DNA of 64,000 bases from Eledone cirrhosa (taxonomy: Eukaryota): assembly GCA_964016885.1 (NCBI GenBank), contig OZ024758.1, positions 9,114,001-9,178,000 on the forward strand. Direction: 5' to 3'. Positions 1 through 12,800 of the stretch are shown piece by piece. The first letter of the stretch is position 1, and each line of letters starts with the position of its first letter. Under the pieces are notes generated by a model. That model searched no databases, was not told the DNA's origin, and saw only the letters and a list, made by a program, of their open reading frames with translations. The position numbers were made by a program, and so were the translations under genes.

Positions 1-590
1 AATAGGGACATATGCTGGAGAAAGGGAAATGTGTGATTTTGGAAAAAAACATTGGATTCAACATGTAGAAATAGATAAAAAGCATACATTATTTCCTAGG
101 GTATACTAAGCCTAACACTGTAATATAATTCTATTCCTAGTGCTCAAATGTGTTGATCTACACAACTGGAAATTATTTGGGACTGTCCATGGGGGCATAT
201 CTCTCTGTAAAGAATGTCAAAGTAAAAGAGAAATTCTCCTACACACCTGAGAAGATATGTGTTTAATGTATATTATTAAAAGTAATTAATTTCAAAATGA
301 AAAAGATTGCAATTACAAGGTATTCAACATTTTTTCCAGTAATAATGATTCCAGTTATATTTATTCAAATAAAAAATAAAATTATTATAATGGATAACTT
401 AATCAAAATTTCTCCATTTTCAGCGCGTAACCAATTTCTTACTATGGTAAAGTCAACCTAAATTTGTTATTATGCTCTCAGAAATAGTACCTTCATAGTT
501 GTGGTTAATGAGAAAATGTTATAATACATAATTACATTATAAATAATCAGCAACTGATTAATCAGTAATCAGCCAATTTGTGCATCATTA

Positions 591-626
<36 letters not shown>

Positions 627-630
<4 letters not shown>

Positions 631-748
631 GCCAGACAGTCCTATGCGAGCAAGACAATCACTCTTGCCTCAAGTGGGACTACCCCCGTCCAAACCCATG
701 CAAGCGTGGAACACGGACGTTAAACGTTGATGATGATGATGATGATGA
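627..748 (+). mobile_element. RTE-tail SINE/LINE 3' fragment; related copies near 3823-4080, 12880, 16262, 17220, 21160, 38915, 42240, 43900, 46700, 48660, 51020, 60700 and 62745
   Basis: CCCATGCAAGCGTGGAACACGGACGTTAAACGTTGATGATGAT tail shared with the LINE at 40585. Confidence 0.7.
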
Positions 749-1921
749 TATACACACACACATAATCTTAGCTGTAGCACTAACACAGCATAATTCAAAA
801 TAGAAATAAATATGGAAACATGTACAATATGTTTGTATATAATAAATATACATAAATCTCACTGTGGGTATTTTAAGCTGTGATTATGTCACAGCTACCT
901 CAGTACCCATCTGAGAATACCAAATACTAGTATTTCAGGAGAAAAGAAAATTATAAATAAATCAAATATGTCAAATTATTACCAATAGTTTGAGGAAATT
1001 TCTAAGAGTCTGTTTTCTTCTAGGATTAGTTGCAGTAATTAATATGACTTAAACATATTTTTTGTCTTGGGAGAGCGAAAGGAAGCTCTTGTATTTAAAG
1101 GTGGGTGAAATGGGAAGTATAATATTTCAGAGGCAGGGATGAAATGGAAGGAGCATGATTCTTGTATTTATGATAACTTACATTACAATCTCAGCCAAAG
1201 GGAGTGGAAAAGTTAACCTGCTGGTATGGAGATGTGATGTGAATAGAAGTGCTCTGTACTGTTTGTAGAGAATATTTGTGGCAGAAAGACATAGAAAATG
1301 ATAAGATCGGTTTTCAGGATGCTGGGCCTCACAAATGAGTAACTATATATTGTATAACAATTAGAACTAACCAAACACTATACCAGCATGGAAAAACATC
1401 TTTACCAAGCCAGTGAAGTAGTCTCTGCATAGTCACTCAACCTGCTAGAAATAACAGCCAAATATCCCTCAAATCAGACTTTACCATCTTGTTAAAGATG
1501 GCATTATTAGATAATGTAGCTGGGCTGTGCAATTCTTGAAGAAAAGACTGTATGGTTCTTTGATCATTGGTCTGCTTGATTAGGACTGACCTGGGGCTAA
1601 ACAACACCTGTTAAAACGTCGTTGATTGATGAAGATTAAAAAAAGGATGGATTCAATACAGATGACGATGTCTGGTGCCATTTGTTGTATTTTTGACTGT
1701 TTAATTCTATTCAATAATGAACCAGTTCATTATCAATATAATCTTGAATAGATTACAGACATTAGGGTTACCTCCCTTTGATTGTCTTGACGCCATATTC
1801 TCACGTATCTGTTGATGACTGCATCAAAATTCTATTTATTTAATAGTTATTTTAGTTTAACCTCGGTTTTCCTTAATCAAGTATACTTATGGGTTTTTCT
1901 TTCTTTTTTGTTTGTTTTTAG

Positions 1922-4900
1922 TTTCTGCATCGCCGGGAGAAAGACTATGAGGTTGAAGTGCAGCGACTTGCACGGAACAAGATCTCGCTTCAAGAGACAG
2001 TTCGCAAGTTAAAAATGGAATTGAGTCGCATGAATATAGAGTTCAACATTGATGCCATTCCCGCCAATGGTGATGATGATACTGACTCCAACTCAACATC
2101 TACAGCATCAGGTAAGGAGGTTGAAATAAAGGGATTTCACCATCTTATTTACATTTGAATACAAATACTACTTCGTTAACGTGCATTGAGGGATTAACAA
2201 TATGGAAGTCCTTTTCAAAAGAAATGATAATGGTGTTGATCTCACCAGCCTCAGAAGACCTGGGAATTCATGGGCACAACTCTTATTTACTACATGTTTA
2301 TAAATAGGTATACCTGAGTATTTGAGGAGTATACAGTTCTCTATTGTAAGCAAAAGAACACTTTATTCACTCCCAACTGTGTTATCAGTTTGGTTCTGGA
2401 GAAAGCTAAAGAAAACCATACCGTTGTAATTTCTCTTCAATGATTGCCTAAAGACAAACTAAATAAATTAACAGGATGTTATCATTCTGTCTTAAATAAT
2501 ATTTAAGATCTTACAACATTCAATGATTTAAATAAATTTACTCCTTGATATATTAATGAATTTAGTGAAAAAGAATGAACAACGTGCTTGAGATGAAGTG
2601 GTAATGAATTCCTCATGACACCAAGCACTAGAATGAAGAGCTGTGATGATTGGGCCTTCCCTGAATCAGCTTTACTACAACTATTACTATTATTTATATT
2701 CTGAGTTCAAATCCCACCAAGGTTAGCTTTGGCTTTCATCCTGAACTGGGGTCAATTTAATCGACTTTCCTCGTCTTCTTCAAATCTTTGGCCTTGTGCA
2801 AAAGTAGAAACAATTATTATTATTATTATTATTATTATTGTTGTTGTTGTTTATATGCAATTTTGAATGATAGCATAATTCTTGTGCTTTTGTCCCCAAA
2901 TCTAATATCTGCATATAAGTTCGGGATTAAGTGTTTCTATAAGTGATTAATCTTCCTGACACAATCCAATTAATGAGTGGATCTATAATTTTTACTTATA
3001 GTTCTTTACTGTCATGAAATGAAAAACACAAAATCAAATTTGCCTCTAATACATATGTAGGTTTAGTTGACTTCTTACAAAGTTACATCTTAAAAGATGT
3101 TTCTCAAGTGTTTAAAAATTCCTTTCTTTCTCTTTGTTTCTTTCCCTCCTTCATCTTTCCTTCCTTCGTCTTTCATTTTGGTTTATCTTTCTTTCTAATT
3201 TGACTTATTTTAATCTAAATTGCTTGTTGGTAACATTTAAAACACATGTGTTTAATATTTGTTTGCAGAGGGTGATGGTCCCATTTTAAGTGATAATGAG
3301 GAAGAAAGCGCTCAACCTGTGAAAACTGTTGCAGAAACTGTACTAGGTAAGAAGAGGCCACTGAGTTACCACATCGTGCCTTCTTCTTTTATTTTGAATT
3401 CTGCACCCAAGATAACACCTTCCTTGTCAACTCCATCTGTCATGCCTTTGACTAGCACAGCACCTCAGTCTCTCTCCAAATCCTTACACACAACCTCTAA
3501 AGTAATAGAATTGGAAAAGAACCGGCAATCTGATTCAGTGTCAAATACTTCTGAAAGCAAGTTGGATTCGATTGTCTGTGACACAAACACTGCTTCTGCT
3601 GGAGCCAAAAGGAAGGTTTGGGTAATTCCAAGAACATTGGAAGTGAAAACACAGCAGATCTCATCACCTGAGCTACAAAAAATGCAATGGGGTGGCAGCC
3701 CTTTAATAAATAACAAACATGCAATGAAATCCAAAGAAGAAGCAAGAATAATTACGAAAAAACAGGCTGCAATTCCAGTTCTAGGTAAGGAAATATCAAA
3801 ATATTTCTTTTTTAAGAAACTATCATCATCATCATCATAATCATCGTTTAACGTCCGTGTTCCACGCTTGCATGGGTTTGGATGGGAGTTTTCCCACTTG
3901 AGGCAAGAGTGGTTGTCTTGCTCGCATAGGACTGTCTGGTGGGTTTTCTACAGCTGGATGCCCTTCCTAACACCAACCACATTTACAGTGTGGGGCTGGG
4001 AGGTTTTTACCGTGTTGCCTACACGGCCACATTACAGCGTGGACTGTGTGTTTTTTTGTCGTGACACCTACACTAGTCTTTAAATATTTATATTGCAACT
4101 ATATATTTAGTTTTGTTTAGAATGGAATGTGTTTCATTTTTTCTTTTCTTTTTTATTTTGTTTACTCTATTTAAATTTTAAATAGAGTAAACAAAATAAA
4201 TTTTCATGGAGTAAATATTTTGAATTTAAAATTTTATAAGCAGACACTTTCCTAATAGAAATTAGCTATTTGTTCACATAACTATTGGGTTCCTTGGAAA
4301 ATAACATGTAGCAACAACAACATCAACAATGTCAATGTTTTATGGCTATCTTCTTTGCTAAAGCAAGGAAGATAGCTTTGTGGGCCCTGTGATAAGCTTT
4401 TCCATCTGCTCCCCCTTCACTATCCCCTCAGAAAATACTTCAGCTCTGATTAATTTCTGAATCTCTATAAAGCTTAAATAAGACCCTACAATGTAGATCA
4501 ACAACAGCACCATCACCATCACCACCAACACCAGTTTAGTTATACCACCTTAACCCTAGCTCACACTAACGCCTTCATTCAAACCTGTCTTCCCAGAGTA
4601 TGTTTTTTTTTCTGCACACAACTTCTAAATGTTTAAATTAAATATCACATGTATCACTCCCACATGTACCACTCCCACTTCTCTCTGTTATCTTAGACAC
4701 ATGTTTCATCCATTTTCCATATTTTCTACGTAAATTTTGTCTGAATATTCAGTATTATTTATAAACAGTATAGGGTGGTGGATTGGCAGTATCGGTAGAG
4801 GGTCGGACGCCATGCTTTGACGCATAGAGTTACGGCCTTTTCCATTCTGAGTTCAAATCCCGCCGAGGTCAACTTTGCCTTTCATCCTTACGGGGTCAAT

Positions 4901-7900
4901 AAAATAAAGTACCAGTAATGTATTGGGTAATTGCTGGCCTTGTGTCTAAAGTAGAAACAATTATTTATAAACAGTATACTGTGATTACATGTGAATGGTG
5001 TAAATATATTTATGTTATCAGAATGTTCAGCAGACTCTGTTTCACTCTATTATGCTACATTAAACCTAGCTTTCCTACTTGTAGTAAATATATGTACATG
5101 GGTTGGCTGAAAACTTCCTAGAATGACTAAGAAACTCTCATGGAATGACCAAATCAGGTTTATCTTTCAACATAGTCCTTGGAAAGAAAAAATGCAGTTA
5201 TTAATAAGAAGAGTTGAAATTAATGCATGAAAGATTTCACAGCTCTAACATCACTCCTTCATAGTCAGTCTATGAACTTTTTAGCTCACCCTCGTATATT
5301 CTGTTCAGCAGCTACCCTATTCTACTATATTAACCTAGCTTTCCTATTTGTAGTTCAGGGTGAGTCATAAGAAACCGGGAATTTTTATTGCAAGGTCGGG
5401 CCATTCTTTTTCAAAGAAAAGGTGACATGTAACAGCAATGTGGCAATGCTCAACAATGATTTTACATTAACCTAACTTTCCCATTTGTAGTAAATATATA
5501 TATATATATATATTCTGTTCAGCAGCTACACTATTTTACTACATCAACTTACCTTTCCTAAATATATATATATGTATATATGTAAAGTTAATTTAAATTG
5601 TTGGGATACAACAAGCAAATATTTTTATAACTGATATAAAACACTCAACAAATATTTGGAGTAAAAATACGATATTAATAAATGGAAACTATATTTATAA
5701 AACCATGTTTATTTCATTATACATATTTCAAGGACACCAAGTTAAATTATGGTGTGCTTTCATCAGATAAAATATAATATAGAACAGTTTTATAAATAAA
5801 TATTGACATACCCTTAAAGAATGCAACCATTACTGTTGGAAGCTCCCGGAATATACTAACTTACTTAACTAAAGCTACAACTCCACTATCCGGGAGCTTC
5901 CAACAGTAATGGTTGCATTCTTTAAGGGTATGTCAATATTTATTTATAAAACTGTTCTATATTATATTTTATCTGATGAAAGCACACCATAATTTAACTT
6001 GGTGTCCTTGAAATATGTATAATGAAATAAATATGGTTTTATAAATATAGTTTCCATTTATTAATATATCGTATATATATATATATACACCTGATGTACC
6101 CCTTCCATACACATGCACACATGTGTGTATCATGACTCGTGCACTATTCATTTTACTGATGTTTGTGCATTGCCCTATGTACTGTACATGCACTTTTTTG
6201 ATGAGTTGTGGTGCACCTGGGCACTGTACACAATATTTCATTATTGTTATCATTATTATATCATCAGGACTCATACACTGTTCATTTTCCTGACATTTGT
6301 ACATTATTCTATGTACTATACATACACCTTTGATGAGTTGTGGTGCACCTGGGCACTGTACACAATATTTCATTATTGTTATCGTGGATTGGCAGTATTG
6401 GTAGAGGATCGGACGCCATGCTTTGACGCATAGAGTTACGGTCATTGCCATTCTGAGTTCAAATCCCGCCTAGGTTAACTTTGCCTTTCATCCTTACGGG
6501 GTCGATAAAATAAAGTACCAGTAATGTACTGGGTAATTGCTGGCCTTGTGCCAATAGTAGAAACAATTATTATATCATCATGACTCATACACTGTTCATT
6601 TTCCTGACATTTGTACATTATTCTATGTACTATACATGCACCTTTGATGAGTTGTAGTGCACCTGAGCACTGTACACAATAATTTCATTATTATTATTAT
6701 TATATGTATGAAATGTTATAATGTCTTGATTTCTTGCAGCTCAATCAGTGCGAGTCCAAGAGTTGGCTACTAGTGCCACAACATACAGTTCACCCAATAT
6801 TCTGGCTTCAACACATCAACTTTCCAACATCCTAACACCTGTTATTAGTACAACTGGCAATGCAACACTTGTTCCTGCAGTTAAACCAGTCATTTCAACC
6901 AGTTCTGCAGGTCAGACAGCCACACCACTTACTTTAGTCCCTAATATGGCTCGCAATTCGGTGACACAAATTTTGCAGCAGACTGTGGTTCAACGACAGT
7001 CGCAAAAGAAGCAGACTATTCTTAGCAGCAACAATAACAACAACAACAACACTATGGCTAACAACAACAACAATGCCAATAGTAATAGTAACAACAACAG
7101 TATTAATAGTGTTAACTGTATCAGTACCAATAATGTTGCCGTGGCAACGGCAGCACAAGGTATGTGTATTTTTGTTATCCTTCTCTACAATTGATATTCC
7201 AGTGATTGTTCTGTTATCTCATAAAGTTCTGTTTCATTCAGAACAGCACATCGTATCTAACATCTACATAGTTATCATTATCATCATTTAATGATAATAA
7301 TGATAAATCCCGCCGAGGTTAACTTTGCCTTTCATCCTTACGGGGTCGATAAAATAAAGTACCAGTAATGCACTGGGTAATTGGTGGCCTTGTGCCAAAA
7401 GTAGAAACAATTATCGTCATTTAATGACCATCTTCCATGATAGCAGGAGTTGGATAGTTCTTCACAGACCAAGTCAGTACCCAAGTGGAGCTACTGACCT
7501 CTCAGATGGACTGGGGAGACGGGGGTTGCTGCATCCCACCATATATACTCTGGTATAAGCCGAGGAATATGTGACCAAAAAATTGATGCCAGAATGAAAA
7601 AAAAAAAATTGGTTGCTAAATTCTTTAAATCATTACAAGTCGAGTGTTTGATTCTTTGTAGCAGCTGCCGGCCACTTTTTACCATTTATACGGACATTTT
7701 ACCTCATTTTTAAAACTGTTTATAGTAATTAAATGTTGTTAGTTATTTTGTGTTTGATGTTTCTACATTGTGATATATCCCGCCGAGGTTAACTTTGCCT
7801 TTCATCCTTACGGGGTCGATAAAATAAAGTACCAGTAATGCACTGGGATAATTGCTGGCCTTGTGCCAAAAGTAGAAATAATTATATGATATTTCATTAT

Positions 7901-8756
7901 ATTTTCTGTTTTATATATGTTTCTTGAACCCTTTCCCCAACTAGCTTGCTCTTACTTACTTTTGTCTGTCTATCTTTATGTCCTCATTGTGTTATCTTTC
8001 TGCAGTATCTACCCTTGCTTATTTATCTGTCTGTTTGTTTCAGTTACAACAGTTCAAGCATCAAAAACCTTGAAGTCTGTGAGCCAACTTGGGAGAAGTA
8101 CAAATTCTGTTCGTTCAGTAGTTCCAATGATTCCAAGCATTATTAAGCCAGGTCTTCAACCAGCTGGTATCAAAGTAGCAACTTTGACTACTCCTATAAA
8201 CCAGTCTAAGAAAACTATTGAAGCATCTAATACTCTTACGGGATTAGTTGTATCATCCACAACTTCAACAGCTCCATCAACAACTGTTATTTCAATGGCA
8301 CACCCCATTGTAACTCAGACTTTACCTGTGGTGTCTGCCGTAAAACATATTCTCGGAACGCCAGCTACTCAGATTATGTCTGGCAGCCCTATTACTGTGA
8401 ACCCTATATTAGGGCAATCCATAACAAGGACACAAATACTAAATAATGTCACTAATGTAGGTTCTTCTGTTGTTACCACAATGTCTAACAGTCCATCAAG
8501 CATTACCTCTGGTCACTCAGTTGTTCCATTGACTTCTATGAAATCTGTGTCACAGATTGTTTCACCAATGGCAGTAATGTCACCAGGACTTAACCAAGCT
8601 ACTCAGTTAAATATGATTCCACGGGTCCAGTACCAGCTGTTTCCTGGTAATCAAGTTGTTGGTCAAACAGTTACAACCAAACCTCTTATGATGGTGACAG
8701 TGCCTACTACAACTGCAGTGCAGGTATCTATGGCAGTAACCTCCACAACTACGTGA
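1922..8756 (+). CDS. MNT: MAX-binding protein MNT, 3' part (end of bHLH-ZIP zipper plus long Ser/Thr/Val/Pro-rich C-terminus); 5' exons lie upstream of the window
   Basis: Exons join(1922..2111,3269..3784,6740..7159,8044..8756), all AG/GT bounded, phase-1 introns, 1839 nt in frame to TGA. FLHRREKDYEVEVQRLARNKISLQETVRKLKMEL...DSNSTSTAS|EGD resembles the MNT zipper and STSTASEG motif. AATAAA at 9593-9598. Confidence 0.85.
2699..2816 (+). mobile_element. tRNA-derived SINE (MetaSINE-like), truncated long-form copy
   Basis: CTGAGTTCAAATCCC B box; 3' GGCCTTGTGC..AAAGTAGAAACAATTATT tail. Confidence 0.75.
4773..4960 (+). mobile_element. tRNA-derived SINE, full length, with 18-bp TSD
   Basis: A box TGGCAGTATCGG, B box GAGTTCAAATCC, core CCTTTCATCCTTACGGGGTC; TTATTTATAAACAGTATA duplicated on both flanks. 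Confidence 0.9.
5095..5296. mobile_element. Mariner-like MITE, ~195 bp
   Basis: TIR end CTATGAACTTTTTAGCTCACCCTCGTA; shared with the 22530 and 36636 copies. Confidence 0.75.
5710..5774 (-). ncRNA. Minimal type I hammerhead ribozyme, inverted copy
   Basis: Reverse complement of 5965-6029, in the other arm of the fold-back. Confidence 0.75.
5965..6029 (+). ncRNA. Minimal type I hammerhead ribozyme (MNT intron, sense)
   Basis: TATTTTAT-CTGATGA-[AAGCACACCA..TGGTGTCCTT]-GAAA-TATGTA-TA-ATGAAATA: stem I, core, stem II, near-palindromic stem III, UH site. Confidence 0.8.
6129..6690. repeat. Three tandem ~132-bp units interrupted by a SINE
   Basis: TGATGAGTTGTRGTGCACCTG recurs at ~6199, ~6331 and ~6645. 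Confidence 0.85.
6384..6570 (+). mobile_element. Same SINE family, near full length
   Basis: High identity to the 4773 copy. Confidence 0.9.
7305..7413 (+). mobile_element. Same SINE family, 5'-truncated
   Basis: ATCCCGCCGAGGTTAACTTTGCC...GTAGAAACAATTAT. Confidence 0.9.
7778..7884 (+). mobile_element. Same SINE family, 5'-truncated
   Basis: Near-identical to the 7305 copy. Confidence 0.9.
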
Positions 8757-9645
8757 TACTTTATTGCCAAGGTCTTTGTTATATACACACACACACACAC
8801 ATACGTACATACACATACACACATGTATATATTGTCTATTCTTTTACTTGTACATAAAATACCATGTACAGTGTATAGTTAACATCTAAATGAATATACT
8901 GAATGAAATTTAACATGCATGCAGAAATGCACATACACCAGCACCTATGTGAGTGTTCCTATATACTTGCACATGCCCACACCACAGTAAAAGCTGTGAA
9001 ATCTCTCATACTTCTGTAAGAAAAACTAAAAGTGATTGATTAATAGTAGAATCAGTTCAGTTTTCTTTTGTTTGATGGAAGTGTAATGGTTTAGGTTATT
9101 GCTGGTAACAGTGCCCATTCTAGCTGGCATTTGTCTGGATTTTATTGAAAACAAAACTGTAATGAATTTATCGAGATAATGTATTTTTACACAGTCTTTC
9201 TTATAGTTACAGAAAGAATTTATATCTACACACAGAAATGCTTTATTTTTTACAATATTATTTTAATAATTTATGACATACTTGTATCATTTAATCATAT
9301 ACATATATACACACACAAACACTGATGTGTTTGAATGTTTGTGTTTATGCTTATGAATGTATGTGCTTGTGTATGTTTATATATGTATATAAAATGGGCA
9401 TATGTATGTATATTCCTATTATTTGTGAGATCTTTTATTTATTTCCCCCCCCCCCTGATATTGTTATATATATATACATATATATATATATGTTACTTAT
9501 TTATTTTTAATTTATAGTAACACTCTGTAACCCTACCAGTATGACATGTTGAGCCATGTTGGATGCAGACTGCTGCAGAAACTGTTCCATGTAATAAAGA
9601 TGTTGTTTCCAAGATGGTTTCTTTTACTTTATTATTATTATTATA

Positions 9646-9870
9646 GGGCGGTGGATTGGCAGAATCGGTAGAGTGTCAGACAAAATGCTTTGCCGTCTTT
9701 AGTTATGGCTTATTACATTCTGAGTTCAAATCCCACCAAGGTTAGCTTTACTTTTCATCCTTACAAGGTTGATACGATAAAGCACCAGTAATGCACTGGG
9801 GCCAATTTAAAATTTAATTGACTTTCCCCTCCCCTAAAATTGTTGGCCTTGTGCCTAAATCAGAAATTAT
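9646..9870 (+). mobile_element. Same SINE family, long-form full copy
   Basis: A/B boxes, core, extra internal segment before GGCCTTGTGCC, (ATT)n tail. Confidence 0.85.
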
Positions 9871-12800
9871 TATTATTATTATGTCTCAAAACAATTTGTA
9901 TAGACTGGTGCTTAGTGGATAGGAAAATGTAAGTTTTAAACTTAAGGGTCAGTCTTGATCCCAGCCAATAGGATTAAGAAGATATTGCCCTGGAGAATGG
10001 TGAAGATGTGTTGGAACAGCCACTTCACCTAGTGGGACTCGTACCTGTGGGTAGCCAACTCCACTGCAATAGCAGGGGTGTGGCCAAGAATGCTGGAAGT
10101 CTCCCCTGCCACAGACCTATCAAAGAGCGGCTGATACTCAGACAGTTTGTCCTGGTAGGCAAATGCTGGGGAAGGTGTCACAACATGTGGCATTCCAGGT
10201 GAGGAGTCCTACCTTTGTGGAATGGGAAGATTGTCAGATCTGGCCCTTTGCCATCCGCTCGGTCCAGCTTTGCTGTCTCAAGCTGGGAATGGAAGCCGGC
10301 ACTGTCTTGGCCATGCTTTATCTCTTTCTCTAAACTTTGTAGAGAAAGGAATATAAAAAGAATTCTTCTTTAAAAAAAAAACATTTATTGGATTTTTACC
10401 ATATCATAATTGTCATTTTATGTATTTTCTATTCTTGAGTGTGTCTCAGTTCTTTGTCATCTGACACACTAAGGAAAAACTGATAATCTCTGCTGTGTTT
10501 AGTATGCCTTTTTTATTGCCAATCACTTTACAACATGTACTGGGTAGATGTTATTGTGCCAACAGCACTTGGGGTCTCTCAACCATGATCAAATTGTCTC
10601 CTCTACCCTGCATAATTTTTTTCTGCCGTGTTACTGTTCTCCTAAATGGGTTGTGGTGTTCCCATGTGATTAGAGAAAACTCCTTTTCGTATATTGTTTG
10701 GTTTGTTGAGAGTAAACCAACTCCTTAGGTCATATTTGCAATGGTTACTTTAGACTACCATTGCAGGTTTTCTTGGTAACTAAAATGCCAAGCAATAAAT
10801 TGTAGCCAGTACTATGTCGATAGGGGACGGAACTTACAGTGAATGTATCTTATGTGGTTGGGAAGGAGACATGATGGAGGTAGTGAAGGAAGCTTATTGT
10901 GATTGTGGCAGTCTAATTATGGTTTGGGATATAGTTAACCACTGTTAAAATAGCAAGAGAAATATACAATTGTCATTAATCTAATAAGATAGCCTGATTT
11001 GAACAACTATCATTGTTTTTATCTATGAAGTAGATATGTTTCCTCAATTAGCATGAACATTCCAAAGTAAATTTGTCAAACTATTGATGTAGCAACCAAT
11101 TTCCTCTTCAACCAACTTCTTACATATTAAATGATTCACAATCAAATTACAGTTTGACCTAAAGTGATATGTCTTTGGATCACTATATAAATATCCACTT
11201 AGAGCCAATTAAATTTACTTGAGATAACTGCCTCTCATTATATATGTGATATCATCAGTGTCATCATGAACATTGCTTGATACATCTACTTCTCCACGCT
11301 AGCAATGATAAGGATAAGATGGTTTACAGCGGGATGCCCTTCCTGATGCCAATCTTTTTAGTAACCCCTTTGCAACACGCAGGGTTATTCTAAAAAATGA
11401 GATACACCTTTAAAATTGTGAGTTGCATAGAAAATAAATGTTAGATATTGTTAGTCAATTGAAATGTTTGAATGTTAATCCATAACTGAAATCTAAAAAC
11501 TGTAATTTTTGTAAACATTCATAAAAAGGTGAATTATACAAAAGAAAAAAAAGAAAAGGCTTTTTTGCAAGAAATTCAGAATGAAAATTTTTATTATACA
11601 GTCTATATACAACTTAAAATGTAGCTTAATAAGCTGACAATGATGGTTTTTTTTAGGTATAAAACAATTAAACAGCTGAATAGATAGTTTTATGAAATAT
11701 GTTCACTTTTGACAAAACTAGAAGAAAACAGATCACACAGAAGAAACTAGACAAATAACTAAAAATATTTAATGTCATCAGTTTAATTTTTTTAAATCAA
11801 AAATGTTAAATAAAATTGTCATATGATTGAAGTGTCTAATATTAAGCTATTTGCTGAAGGATATCAAATAAGATACAAGAAGAAAAAAGACATTTTCTTT
11901 TTTTAAATGTTATTGATCATATAGAGATTTGGTTCTTAGAAAAAATATTTAATAAAATATATTCCAAATAATTGAGATATTTAAAAAAATATACTGAATC
12001 AAAGACTTTGTTTTAAATTTGAGGAAAGGGATTTATGAGCAACATTTAAAGAACACACGACATGTCTGACAAGGATAATTTTGCCTGACATTATTCCAAT
12101 GAGAGAAGTTAGAGATAGTTCTACAAATATTACATAAAATACAGCACTAAAAGCTTTACTCTGAGCCTTTTTTGATAACCTTTGTTTAAAATAAAGAGAA
12201 AAACATTATCCCTCTTAGAACACAGAAACAGATGAAAACTTGGTATCACATTTTTCAAATAACAAGAACTGCCCCAACACCAATTATTTAAATAATTTAA
12301 AACTTGTGAAGTATTGTAAATAGTAAAGATATTTTTCTCCCTTTTTCATAATGACAGTATGGAAGCCGTCTTATCTTAATATCTGGAACACTTAACTTCG
12401 TGTAATGATTTAGCAGAACATATTTAAAAACAGGTTTAATTCAATTGTTTATAGTATTTTTACTAGTGAACAAGATAGTTGTGGAAATCTACAAGTAAAG
12501 ATTAATTTTTAATGTGCTGCTGTCATAGTGCTGTGTTGTACTTTTCAAGAATGTCCCCCTAATGCTGCTTCGTGTGGTACAGGACATTAAAAATTAACTA
12601 ATGTTTTTTTTAGAAGTTAATTTTAATATCAATATTTTAAGCATACCCTAGTGGTGTAGCACTCTGCTTACTATTAGCAGCCTAATCCTGTGAAAAACCA
12701 ATGATCTCTTATCTTTCTACAAAGCTAGAAGTGATGACGTCAAATTTAATGCGGTTTAGACAATTATTCAGTAATTCAAGCAACAATTGAAAAATAACCA

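Larger units (their letters stand above)
5667..6074. repeat. Long near-perfect inverted repeat (~185-bp arms, 38-nt spacer)
   Basis: 5667-5850 is the reverse complement of 5889-6074 with about one substitution and one 2-nt indel. Confidence 0.95.

Noticed and set aside
4773-4870. tRNA gene
   Set aside because: A/B boxes belong to the SINE head; no cloverleaf.
6129-6690. Repeated TGATGA suggesting C/D snoRNA or hammerhead tandem copies
   Set aside because: No consistent terminal D box with stem, no recognisable rRNA guide, and no GAAA after a stem.
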